From a virus, in the IMG/VR virus record IMGVR_UViG_3300044950_000375, positions 1 through 64,000 of that record: a stretch of DNA of 64,000 nucleotides; one strand, 5' to 3'. Below are positions 40,301 to 49,394 of the stretch, in pieces. A model generated the notes under the pieces. The model saw only the letters and a program-made list of their open reading frames with translations. It was not told where the DNA came from and did no database searches. The stretch's first letter is position 1. Each line of letters begins with the position of its first letter. A program made the position numbers and the translations under genes.

Positions 40301-43300
40301 CTTGCTGTCCAAATATAAACTTACCCGGATTGGCTACGCTGAGGCTGTTGCTAGGCAAATAGTCATATGTATAAACTGCACCTGCCTGTACTAATGAACG
40401 AGTAACATAAGAACCGTTGACCAAGACCATAACCACTGAGCTAAAGAATATGGTAGAGTTACCATCAAACGTTGTTCCTGGTTTTTCTGTTGTGGTATTA
40501 TAATCAAACACCATAACTGAATATAGTGTGCCTTTTGGTGATCCAACCACAAGATTAAGTGCAGTGTCATTTACAGCCACTGAGTAACCAAATTGACCAA
40601 ACTCTACTGGTCGTGGGCTTGCAATAGTTTGTGTGTATTCAAAAGTCACAAATTCAAGCGCAGAAAACACTGAGCCAACTGAACCCGGTGCCACTTGTAA
40701 TTTGTTGCCTTCTGGTGCAGCATCAGTGTTGGTCACAAAAATAGTCAAGTAGCCAGTTGAGGAAACTACCGCGGTAGCATTAGGAGCACCTGAATTGGTT
40801 CCTGCTTCACCACCATTGATTGCAGCAGCAAGGCCTGCAATATTGTTGTTTGGACTAACAGGCACCACAATGTCAACATTGTTTACTCGTAATGTTTGCC
40901 CAGCAGTCAGACTAGGATTGGCAATGGTAGAAGTAATTGTGCCATAACTTCTGGCTTGGTTTACACTGCGTTCAACCACACCACCTTTCCAAACAACGCT
41001 AGAATCTTGCGGCGCACCCACATACAAACTACAGTTGTATGGACACAAATCCAAACTTTGGCCGTAGTTTGTGAATTCGGCAATTAAATTTTCTGTGATC
41101 AATTGTTGTTCAACAAACTGATTGATTTCAATTTCAATTATATCGCCCACAAACAAATCTTTGTTGATGGTAATGTTGTTGCCACTCACTGAAAATGTGT
41201 TGTCGGCACCAACAATACTGTTAGTTTGGTTGGTTAAAAATACATTGTTAACTAGAACACTAACTGGTGCTGCCACGGTCCCTAACACAGTATACGTGTT
41301 TGAACTATCGTCCTGACGAATGAACTTTTGTACATTTCTGTCAACCACATACACTGAACCTGCTTCGGTCAATGTGCTAACTGTGGCGTTAGGACAGCCA
41401 ATTATAACTTGACGTCCATCTGTAGAACACTGAACGCTTGCACCAAATCTTGCACCAGCAGCAACTGCCACTGTTGGTGTAATGGTGCCAGCCAGTTGAT
41501 AATAAAACTGCGATGTCACTATAATATCATTACTTGGGGCACTGGCAAATGTCAGGGTGGTGCCAGAGTAGGTGTAATCAATGTTAGGACGTTGTAATAC
41601 ACTATCTACACTGACTGAGAATGAATAAATGTTGTTTGCTGTGGCTGTAAACAACCATGGTGACAATGAATATGTAGTACCACTTGGACTAAATGTTTTG
41701 ACATATTTTCTTGAAATTGTAATAACATCACCAGCAGCAGGCATTGCAGTAAATGTCACAGTGGTAAAACCAGCGTCTACAGTGTAATCTGTTGTGAGCG
41801 TCAATACTGCATTGTTTTTAAGCACAGCAATTTGATTGGCATTGTTTATTTGTATAGTATCGCTGATGTCAGCAGTATTGCTAGTGCCGTTGGCAATGTA
41901 TTGTAAAACTTGATCTTGCCATTGCACTTGTCCGTATGCATACACTGTGTTCAGTCCAGGTGCACCAACGTACAACCAGCGTTCGTCAAGACTCATAGCC
42001 ACACTATAACCAAATTCACCAGCACCTGGGGTGGTGGTTGGTGTTGTTCCAGGTAATGTCAACAACTGTGGTTGAGACCAAGGACTGGTGTTGGCTGCCC
42101 CAGCTGTGGGGTCACGCCATAATACTACAGCGTATCCGTTGTTGACAGGTGATCCTGCAGGTGCTGGTCCCAAGCTGGCGCTTGCTCCGCCAACAGCAAA
42201 TGTTTGATTGCCAGCATCTACAGCATTGCCATACCCGCGCAGGCCTGTTGTGCTTAATGTAAGAACAGTGTCTTGTCCGCCAATGGGACTGATTGGCACA
42301 TACTGGTCGCTGGCATTTCTTACATACAAATAGATACCGCCCTTGGCAGTACCCAATCCAAACCCATAACGCGGACTACCAACAAACAATGCTGCTCGAT
42401 TTGTGGCTTGTGCTACAGATGCTCCGTATTGTTCTGTGGCATCAAGCAACACTGGCGCTAACACTGCTCGGTCAGTAAAAGGATTTTGTTTTTCTAATAC
42501 TTCCCATAATCCGTCACCGTTATCATCAACCCAAACTTTTGCGCCGGGTAAAAATTGTTGTGCGTAAGGCAAATCTATCACGTTGCTGGCCTGGTCTACA
42601 CGCATGGTTTCTAGGGTAAACCCAATGCCTGTGCCGTCAACCACAGTGCGATCACCTGCAAGATCCAATGCAATGTTCACAGTGGTCAAATTGGGAACAC
42701 TTAATACGGTGTAAACACCATTGACTTCTGTATCAAAAAATCTTATGATCAATTGATTGCCAGTTATCAATCCATGTTGTTTGCTGAATATAACTCTGCT
42801 GGTTCCATTAAGATTGTCACAAACGTGTTGTATAGTTCCTGGCACAGCTTCTGCACGATAAATGTTCCAGTCATAGTTGTTTACTTTGGCAACCCAGATG
42901 CTGGTTCCAACTATAATAGAATTGATGTTGGCATTGAGATTTGCAGGATCATCTAAATCAAAAACTGTGATATCAACGTCATCAATATTAACATATCCTG
43001 CACTAGGCAAAGATATATCTGTTGGCAATGTGGTTGTGGTTGGTAAAAGTGCAGGAGTGGTCAACGGGAAACTACTTTTCCATACATCGCTAAGGAAAAT
43101 TTGTTGATCAGCAGTGCTTGTTTCGTTTGGCACCACAACCTGTACCAAGCTAGGATTGCTTGATAACAATGCACGATTCAGTCTCAAATCAAAGAAACTG
43201 CGATTGGCGTTTGCACCATATACCCCACGTTGTATTGCCCAGTTTTCAAAAATTTTGTATTCAGCAACTTCTTTGTTGAACTTAGCTTGCCCAAACAAGT

Positions 43301-46300
43301 CAACACTATTTTTAGTTCCTTTGGTTCCAAGGAATTCTCTATAAATGTTAAGCTGACTAACATCATCAAGATTTAGTGCAGCCATATACTGTCTAGGTCT
43401 AAATCCTATCAAGCCATAACTTAACAAATCATTGTCACTGACTAAATTTGCTGAGTTGATATCATAACTGTTGCTAAGTTGGTCAGCTTTGTTTGCAAGA
43501 TTAGCCAATAATCCTTGTTCAATAACTGTGTAATCGCTTTGATTCCAGTCATTGTAATTGAACTTGGTGCTGGGTTGTACAATTGTGGCAGCACTCCAGT
43601 ATGCACCTTTGTATGTTACTATTTCACCTTTGGCATAAGTTTTTAAACCAGTCCATGCAGGAATGTTGTTTTGATTTAATATAAATCCCTGCGCATCAAC
43701 ACTGCCGTTCCATTCTGTAGAAGTAGTGCCAGCAATATACAATCTGCTTTGTCTAGCGCCTGTTATAGGTTCAAAAATTAAGTCGCCAAACAAACTGGCG
43801 TTATCCAACACAATCATACTTTCGAAGCTGGTATAACGCATGTCAATAAAACTCAAACTTTGATTGTTCAAAGGTTGGATAGTAAAGTTGTTGTCAACTC
43901 GCACAATATTGAGATCACGTGTGGGGAAATCTTTACGATTCTGGTCTAATATTACATGTTCCGCAGTTTGTGATGTTATGTTGTCTACTACTGCTTGTTC
44001 CTTGAACACAGACAGTCCTATAGCCAACGGATTCAAATTGATTAAGCTGCCATTGCCCCAGCCTTGTTGACTCCAGTATATGAACTCGTACACCATTTGT
44101 GACCAGGTCATCAAGTAACCATTGGTCTGATTGGTAAATTCAAAGCCTTGTGATTCTAAAAACTTTCCATAACTCAACAAGAAATTGGCCACAGCACTTT
44201 CAGTTGTGAACACAAACCCATAGGGAATTTGAGTGACAGTGTCTGTGTAATTGGCAGGTACTTGTATAGTTTTACTGGCCACACTGTATGTTTCAAATTG
44301 TCCAACTGGAATACTGGTGAATGTATTAAAATATGGTCTTGCAGTGCTGTAGCCAAATACTGCGTAGCCACCATCCACAACTTGAATCACCACAGAACTG
44401 TAAATTAATCTGTCAAATGGTTGATTTTTGTATACCAACAGTTGATAGCTTTCTGGAGGAATCTGCAACGAGGCGTTGGTTGATCTAGGACTAGATTTTT
44501 CAGTGTAAATTTTCAAGTACTGTTTGTCTGAGAATGAAGCCATTCTGTAACACAAACGTACATCTAAATTTTGCAAATCTGTTTCTAATGCCACAGTGCT
44601 GTCAGTACCTGTGAGGCGATTGTAATCCACAATCCAGTTGATGTAACTGGCTTTGCTGGTACCGTCACCATACACTTGCACGCCGTTGGCGTCTAATCTG
44701 TAACGACCATTATAAAGATACTGATCAAATTCTGTGCTATACTTGTACAAGTCTCTGTCAGCAAACAATGCAAAGAATTTTGCTGGACGAGTAAGCGCCA
44801 GCAACCGCATGGCTGCAAATGGGTAATCGCTTGAATTCCACCACGAAGCTTCTACCGGACCGCCATCACCGGGTGCCCAGCTTTTCTGCCACGTTTGTGG
44901 ATTGTATCTACCTACAACTGATTCCAATGGCGCTAACAGATTGCCTGCACTGTCAGTTGGTAGCACAGATAGCAAGCCAGGTCTTGCATAAGCTGGTAGT
45001 GTGTATGCGCCAACCGGATCTCTCACAAGCCCTAGTTCCAAATCATCCCACAAGTTCATGTTGTCAGATGTATAAGGTGCCGGGCCGTATGTTATTTCCC
45101 ACCAGTCGGGTTGAACTGAAAAACCAATCATCTCCCAAGGAGTTAGTTCTGGTTGTTGGGTATCGTAAAAATAACGATAGATACCACGCCAGGCACCTAA
45201 CAAATTTTCATTGTTAAGTTTGTTGGTTGAAGAACTATAATTGTAGGTAAATGGATTACCAGCATTGTAATTTTGCGTGGTGTAATCCAACTTGTTCCAA
45301 CCCACATAAGTCAAAAAACTAGATTCTAATATGGTATTAATTTCAGCATAACTATAACCAGTATTTCTAAACTGACCTGGCAACACATCCACAACATCCA
45401 GTGGCACAGGATTGTCATCTAACTTGATATTGTTATAAATTCTAGTTTCAAATTCTAACAACACTTCGTCACGTATATCACCAAAGATAGGTGTCTGACT
45501 GCCATCATGTCCTAGTATAACCAGTTGTTCACCTGCGCTGGTCTTGACTGTCAAAATTTCTGGCCGCCATGCAGGATACAATCCCATTTTGCTTGGAGTA
45601 TTAGGCACATAGGTGCCATAGGTAGCATTGTATTCTTGAATGGTAATTATATCACCAATGGCCAGTGTAATCAAAATCTCAATTCGTGGACCATCTGTGG
45701 CCACTGTGTATTCTAAATCTCTAGTTAAGATTTGGTCATTTACATACACATTCATACCAAGGTAGTTGGCTGATGTGTAGTTGTAAACTTGCACAGTGTC
45801 AAACACCTGCCTGGTAATATAGCTCACAGTGTAAGTTGTTGTGGTGAATACTGCGGTAGCAGGCAGCATGTCACTCCAATAGAATGGATTATTTTCTGTT
45901 CGTCCTATTGTGATTTCAGCTATCACAGTATCAAGCACTTGTGATGTAGTTTCGTATTGAATAGTCTGTCTAGTCACTGCCTCTAGCAGTTGATTTTTGT
46001 ACTTTTGATATTCTCTGCTGTTGTATTCTATTGCACCAAAAATATTGTACTGCTGAGATCTCATGAAGTATCCAGCTAGGGTCAATGGAGAACTTTGTTG
46101 TAAAATCAGTTGACCGTAAGGAATAACATTACCAAGGTCTCTAGTGTTATTTGCACCATTAATTGATCCTGAGAATGTAGTTAAATTTTGACAAATACTG
46201 TCATAGTGAGTGCGCAATGTACCTAATGTAAAACTTGGGCTGTTGGCATTCAATGGATTGTTATTGAGATTTAACGGAACTTGATAAAAAGCCACTTGGC

Positions 46301-49300
46301 TGATTTGGTCACTAAGCACTTCAACTTCAATTACATCTCCCACAACGTGTGCAGTATGTAATGTAATAGTTGTGGTATTGGCGGTAGTGGCCACTGTGTA
46401 TGTGCCTGGATCTTGGAAGATAGATCCCACAAACACTGTTACGCTAGGCACAGTTGTCACAATGTTTGACTGAACAGCAACATCCAATTGTAATGGTTGT
46501 AAATTATAAACAAATTTAAACTGCTGTCTCATTAGTGTAGGCACTACTGCTGTTTGCCAACCAATCAATCGTTCATACACAGTTCTTGATGCATATTCAT
46601 AAACAAATCCTGAACTAATTGGTGCTGTGGTGCTAACATTGTCAATCACATACACAAATGAGTCTGAGTATAAATTATTATCAAATACAATGTCTCCTAC
46701 ATTGGTCAATGAAAGATATTTGAGCACTAGTTGTAGCACTGGGTCAGCAGTTCCTGAGCCTGTGGCATAACTAAACAATTTTGTGCCTGTAAATGTTGAA
46801 CTAGGATATGTAGTTCTGTTGGCCAAACTCACTCCGTCAGCATCAAATATGTCAAACAGTGGTGCCTGTTGTACAGCAGTTTTTTGTTGTGCTTCTAACC
46901 AATTTACACCATCATACCAGTAGGTAACGCCAACTTGCGAACCACTAATGCATGTGGTAGTTTGATCAACAAGTATTTCTCCATCTGATGCTTCTACCAA
47001 ATTAATAATAGGTTGTGTAATCAATGGTGCCACAGTATCTGGTACAATAAAATTTACCACGTAAATTTTGCTTCGTACATTCTGATCTTCGTCAGCAGCA
47101 AATATCACACGACTGCCATTGACAAATGTGTAATCATTCACTGAATATCCAGTGCTGCCTTCAATGTTACTGAATGCATCAGTTTCAGTAAAATCAATTA
47201 CGTTCACTGGTTGCTTGGCATCTGTGCCCATGTTATACAATCTGATGCCACCACGGAATTGTATAATTGGCCGCTTGCCTTTACGGTCATTGTCTATTAC
47301 CACAGGCGTGTCATTGTAAGCACCTGTAGCATTGAGCACATCAATGTGGAACCATCGATTGCTACGACTCCATGCATTTAGATCTGGACTGTCTCGGTTG
47401 ATTGTGAGATAATCAACATTGTAGGCAGACGCATACTCTTCAGGAGTGATATAATTTGTTACTGGCAATAGTTCAATTGCTGTGCCTACACCACTAACAT
47501 AGTATTGCGGATTTTGACTGGTAGTTGCAACCATACTACCATTGGCCGAGGTCAACGTCACTGCTGTGCCATCTTTGGTTGTGCTTACTTTAAATTGACT
47601 GCTGCTAAACACTGTTTGAACGTAATAGGTAACACCAGTGTTTACTCCGCCGAATGCTGTGCCATTAAAAATAATTTCCTGACCTACTGCCATGCCTGCT
47701 GTGGATTCAGTGGTAATGAGATTGATACCTGCTGCGGTGTTTGTGCAAATAAATGCAGCAGACCCAGTGGCGTAGCTGGCAGGTGATACATTACCTAAAA
47801 ATTGAACTTTTAATCCATTGGTAAATGTAACACCATTTGGACTGGTGTAGTTGGTTTTTCCTAACACATCTTCGATGTATATTGTACTGCTATTGTCTTG
47901 TTCAATTAGACGGATGGTGCCAAAAATTTCTGGGTCGGTGCCATCTTGGTAATACAATGTATCCAACTTGGCTGTAAGCTGAGGCATTTCAACAATATAT
48001 CCAGTTTGGTTTTTGTACCACTGTGTGCTGGAATATTCAGTGCCATATCGTATGGTCCATTTTTCTAAATTAGCTATATTTTGAATGCTGCCTAATGATA
48101 GATAGGTAAAGGCACCCACAACAACATAACTTATACGCCATATGCTATAATAATTAGTAGAAGGATCACCCACACTGTTTGCAAATACCAATGTTCGTGT
48201 GTTGAGATCAGTGATGCCATCAATGCCACCATAGGTAGCTATAAATTGATCTAGTCTGGCTCCGTCGATATTATTGAAAAACAAATCAGTAACAAGATCA
48301 ACCGACCCAATGCTAACAAGATTGTAGAAAAAGTCTTGAGCTGTTTTTTGTGGTACGTTAAAATTAAGTGTGCCAAGATCAATACCATTGTTGGTAACAC
48401 CGTAGATGGATCTAGAAGTTACGTTTGGAGTAGTAGGATCTAATCCATTGATTCCGGGTGCTGTCTGAATCCAAAATCCTGGACCGTCACCAGGTTGGGC
48501 ATCAATCACACTGATGGTACCTCTCATGAGACTTTGAGTCTGACAAGAATAATATAGTGTATTAGGTGCGTCTTGGGGTACAGTAAAAGTCACTGTGCCT
48601 ACTACTGATCCATTACGTGTGACACCTGAGTTATACTGATCACCTGTGCCTGTTGTAGGTGCAGTTTTGATCCAGAACGGAAAGTCGCCTTGCACAAACA
48701 GGTTAAAAGTGTATGTGTTACCACGAATTAAAACAATTGGTGCATTGGGTTCGTTGTCAATGTTAAAGCTGGTAACATTAGTGCGTGTTACTTTGTAATT
48801 AACAGTTTCTTTGTTGTTTTGCGATACTTGAAAAGTGTAGTTGCCGCCACGAACTAAATTTATAGTAGGGTTGTTACCAGTTAATCCTGAAAATGTGTAA
48901 ACTCCATCAGCTCTGTCTACAACAAAATTTTGGCTCAACGCCACACCCGGTGATTGCACAGTAACTACATCAGGGCCATCTGGCACCCAGTAATACTGAC
49001 TAAAGTTTACAAACGTGTCAAAATCCATAAACGGATCAAGACTATAATAATCACTAGTATACAGTCGACTGGGTTGTGTTGATGGACTACCTTGATATAC
49101 CAGTGTATCAGTTATGCCTGGATACGTAATAGCATCTATTATTTTGTTATTGTCTGCAGGATCAACACTAATCACACCTGGCTCAAGTTGATAGTCAGCG
49201 CGAGTTTTGTCGGGCTCAATCACATACTTGTCGTTGGGATTTACACCTGGGCCAACTGTGCGGCCAATATAACCTTGAGTCTTTTTAAACTTTGGCTCTT

Positions 49301-49394
49301 GAATCAACTGATCCAAAGTAGCAGCCAAAAATTGCTTGTTGGCGTCCGTCTGAAAAATCTCAGGAAGAAAATCTACACTGCGTACTCGTGCCAT
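34326..49394 (-). CDS. giant (5022 aa) multidomain virion/baseplate protein
   Basis: Uninterrupted 15-kb ORF, TAATG-coupled to the gp6-like wedge gene; contains FG-GAP-like, CBM5/12-like, cupredoxin-like and fibre modules. Confidence 0.85.
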   Translation of the reverse strand: MARVRSVDFLPEIFQTDANKQFLAATLDQLIQEPKFKKTQGYIGRTVGPGVNPNDKYVIEPDKTRADYQLEPGVISVDPADNNKIIDAITYPGITDTLVYQGSPSTQPSRLYTSDYYSLDPFMDFDTFVNFSQYYWVPDGPDVVTVQSPGVALSQNFVVDRADGVYTFSGLTGNNPTINLVRGGNYTFQVSQNNKETVNYKVTRTNVTSFNIDNEPNAPIVLIRGNTYTFNLFVQGDFPFWIKTAPTTGTGDQYNSGVTRNGSVVGTVTFTVPQDAPNTLYYSCQTQSLMRGTISVIDAQPGDGPGFWIQTAPGINGLDPTTPNVTSRSIYGVTNNGIDLGTLNFNVPQKTAQDFFYNLVSIGSVDLVTDLFFNNIDGARLDQFIATYGGIDGITDLNTRTLVFANSVGDPSTNYYSIWRISYVVVGAFTYLSLGSIQNIANLEKWTIRYGTEYSSTQWYKNQTGYIVEMPQLTAKLDTLYYQDGTDPEIFGTIRLIEQDNSSTIYIEDVLGKTNYTSPNGVTFTNGLKVQFLGNVSPASYATGSAAFICTNTAAGINLITTESTAGMAVGQEIIFNGTAFGGVNTGVTYYVQTVFSSSQFKVSTTKDGTAVTLTSANGSMVATTSQNPQYYVSGVGTAIELLPVTNYITPEEYASAYNVDYLTINRDSPDLNAWSRSNRWFHIDVLNATGAYNDTPVVIDNDRKGKRPIIQFRGGIRLYNMGTDAKQPVNVIDFTETDAFSNIEGSTGYSVNDYTFVNGSRVIFAADEDQNVRSKIYVVNFIVPDTVAPLITQPIINLVEASDGEILVDQTTTCISGSQVGVTYWYDGVNWLEAQQKTAVQQAPLFDIFDADGVSLANRTTYPSSTFTGTKLFSYATGSGTADPVLQLVLKYLSLTNVGDIVFDNNLYSDSFVYVIDNVSTTAPISSGFVYEYASRTVYERLIGWQTAVVPTLMRQQFKFVYNLQPLQLDVAVQSNIVTTVPSVTVFVGSIFQDPGTYTVATTANTTTITLHTAHVVGDVIEVEVLSDQISQVAFYQVPLNLNNNPLNANSPSFTLGTLRTHYDSICQNLTTFSGSINGANNTRDLGNVIPYGQLILQQSSPLTLAGYFMRSQQYNIFGAIEYNSREYQKYKNQLLEAVTRQTIQYETTSQVLDTVIAEITIGRTENNPFYWSDMLPATAVFTTTTYTVSYITRQVFDTVQVYNYTSANYLGMNVYVNDQILTRDLEYTVATDGPRIEILITLAIGDIITIQEYNATYGTYVPNTPSKMGLYPAWRPEILTVKTSAGEQLVILGHDGSQTPIFGDIRDEVLLEFETRIYNNIKLDDNPVPLDVVDVLPGQFRNTGYSYAEINTILESSFLTYVGWNKLDYTTQNYNAGNPFTYNYSSSTNKLNNENLLGAWRGIYRYFYDTQQPELTPWEMIGFSVQPDWWEITYGPAPYTSDNMNLWDDLELGLVRDPVGAYTLPAYARPGLLSVLPTDSAGNLLAPLESVVGRYNPQTWQKSWAPGDGGPVEASWWNSSDYPFAAMRLLALTRPAKFFALFADRDLYKYSTEFDQYLYNGRYRLDANGVQVYGDGTSKASYINWIVDYNRLTGTDSTVALETDLQNLDVRLCYRMASFSDKQYLKIYTEKSSPRSTNASLQIPPESYQLLVYKNQPFDRLIYSSVVIQVVDGGYAVFGYSTARPYFNTFTSIPVGQFETYSVASKTIQVPANYTDTVTQIPYGFVFTTESAVANFLLSYGKFLESQGFEFTNQTNGYLMTWSQMVYEFIYWSQQGWGNGSLINLNPLAIGLSVFKEQAVVDNITSQTAEHVILDQNRKDFPTRDLNIVRVDNNFTIQPLNNQSLSFIDMRYTSFESMIVLDNASLFGDLIFEPITGARQSRLYIAGTTSTEWNGSVDAQGFILNQNNIPAWTGLKTYAKGEIVTYKGAYWSAATIVQPSTKFNYNDWNQSDYTVIEQGLLANLANKADQLSNSYDINSANLVSDNDLLSYGLIGFRPRQYMAALNLDDVSQLNIYREFLGTKGTKNSVDLFGQAKFNKEVAEYKIFENWAIQRGVYGANANRSFFDLRLNRALLSSNPSLVQVVVPNETSTADQQIFLSDVWKSSFPLTTPALLPTTTTLPTDISLPSAGYVNIDDVDITVFDLDDPANLNANINSIIVGTSIWVAKVNNYDWNIYRAEAVPGTIQHVCDNLNGTSRVIFSKQHGLITGNQLIIRFFDTEVNGVYTVLSVPNLTTVNIALDLAGDRTVVDGTGIGFTLETMRVDQASNVIDLPYAQQFLPGAKVWVDDNGDGLWEVLEKQNPFTDRAVLAPVLLDATEQYGASVAQATNRAALFVGSPRYGFGLGTAKGGIYLYVRNASDQYVPISPIGGQDTVLTLSTTGLRGYGNAVDAGNQTFAVGGASASLGPAPAGSPVNNGYAVVLWRDPTAGAANTSPWSQPQLLTLPGTTPTTTPGAGEFGYSVAMSLDERWLYVGAPGLNTVYAYGQVQWQDQVLQYIANGTSNTADISDTIQINNANQIAVLKNNAVLTLTTDYTVDAGFTTVTFTAMPAAGDVITISRKYVKTFSPSGTTYSLSPWLFTATANNIYSFSVSVDSVLQRPNIDYTYSGTTLTFASAPSNDIIVTSQFYYQLAGTITPTVAVAAGARFGASVQCSTDGRQVIIGCPNATVSTLTEAGSVYVVDRNVQKFIRQDDSSNTYTVLGTVAAPVSVLVNNVFLTNQTNSIVGADNTFSVSGNNITINKDLFVGDIIEIEINQFVEQQLITENLIAEFTNYGQSLDLCPYNCSLYVGAPQDSSVVWKGGVVERSVNQARSYGTITSTIANPSLTAGQTLRVNNVDIVVPVSPNNNIAGLAAAINGGEAGTNSGAPNATAVVSSTGYLTIFVTNTDAAPEGNKLQVAPGSVGSVFSALEFVTFEYTQTIASPRPVEFGQFGYSVAVNDTALNLVVGSPKGTLYSVMVFDYNTTTEKPGTTFDGNSTIFFSSVVMVLVNGSYVTRSLVQAGAVYTYDYLPSNSLSVANPGKFIFGQQVETDGVSYLDQYGYAVSYNSGVLVATAPGEDFEDSTFSEYGAAYIFENPTQRLAWEPIAIQQPVVDIRLLTSVYMYDRISSAKSQFFDFFDPLQGKVLGAAQENIDFISAIDPASYNVGPVNNRGDTWATTHVGEVWWDISTVRFINPNQDNPTYASRRWGQVFPGSTVDVYQWISSAVPPANYAGVGTPYSIISYVVSTRLNQSGTFVTEYYFWVRGITETASQAGKTLSVATVASYIQEPKASGISYVAPINSSTIAIYNAIEYILAADTIISVEFDQVLTEANVHTEYELIAQGQDDAFLSDNLYRKLQDSFCGVDTTGNKVPDPNLNYAQQYGVQFRPRQSMFVDRFLALKNYIQRANDVFALYPITEIRSFALLNSAEPEPSATSGEWNLRVANLEILGFQDIYAVPLGYKYLVVTNSLNRGLWTINEVQATNDPTVRELVLSRVQNYNTPQYWSYVNWYQPGYNSSSIIVAEVPNYATLETLSVAIGSSVKVTANAQGKFEIYLRTDTGWDRVGLEDGTIEISAEIYDYALGRFGFDVEVFDAQYFDQEPVIETRKIIQAINEELFVDELKIERNQSLTLMFNFILSELLAPEWLIKTSLIDVQHKVRDLVPYQNYIRDNQDFVSEYIQEVKPYHVQVREFNLTYDGIDNFQGSLTDFDLPAYYDTNLTIPQYVSPILLPYEHATAQAFNTLSDTAPNSTLWPEWPYSQWFDNYLLHVDSITVTNQGTGYTIAPTVLIVPAEGDTGSGAEATAVLNSSGNVVSITLINGGSGYRSTPTVAFDGGNGTGVAAYPQMDNGLVRSFRTVLKYDRYQYQTSVLTWSSDGTYENGTLVRYDDRVWQADSADGSSAVIGPVFNLEDWTLVDAATLSGVNRTMGFYVPGVNEFGLDLQLLVDGTSYPGVQVWGDYFLGSAPASPTLVCTATNATTNEITCVQTARLSLGDPIRFYGTVFGGIVAGTVYYVNAIVDATHFTVALAPDGLTFSLTSATGTMVADVPEPIDATYASSFTDMFLGLRPTDINVDGGEFIGPYEGHAPEELVNGSEYDTLDFRVYTRPGADWTGDGHGFAIGTFNYVYDGNALYWGTLVQNPVNIEVSNENTNSDLTPDVDYVVDWEAQTITAVPDGGITNGDVISVTAYEMGGGNQLFRGNYNGTEVNNSVVIPVNADEIYELVLFVNGTNVSGATWTSYANSVPWTYENSYAAQTVVEDNQLYYRALQSVPPGILLDDPLYWIEFVPTVQSTVTFPYPMANVKYATTTSLFGTYGYVYNNGTNGVGATLTNYNVFDDYTALTIDGVIPLVGDRILVKDETGTYTNDTTQSATFNGIYTVTRVGNSTIGWILTRATDFVDSLDIPSAITLVTSGSTNAATRWVCTSNPSISVGTTEIDWTRFIGTEAPYGPGDGISITAMGVEDPQYSWSTAVTQYHTATESDILTNSINLDNSMQGTNVANLVVTVNGKRLHPPEGIEWTGDGTSSSFGLPQRGGGYPQSAINAYTDIQVWVDNVLQVQNYGAIVGNYSVTNYDGSNTPGRQVVFFTPPADGAQILISVSTIAQYTVVIGSPNRLLITPLLNLGDQIAITSWNDTSQQDPLTLVFVGPIVTGLTVIEPYDSTGYSFPDAANDTSGSFDFSVGVAVPTNDFNLGREGILANRLWVTLDGNRLYPGVDYAVQGQYLILGSGIIGSAQVLAVTEFTESVVPGAMAFRLFQDMRGVQTTFRITASTTTTVAQAVSAVADIIYVANVAALSEPNLTDGIFGVVTIDGERILYRERNLSTNSITGLQRGTAGTAATSHSVNAEVYDMGLGNRQPQEFQNYIVSDTSTGDGSTTIFYAPTIEFDLSDSSFEVNSIEVYVGGNRARVGYYAGQFVIGQTYTIASVGSTNWHAIGLPSDVYPLPGVVFTATGAGSGTGVAGTSLASNYYQVTDYNPLAIQFLTANDLPAPGAGVEVVILQRRGVTWYAPGNGTPSNGEALQITDTNAARFLRGL

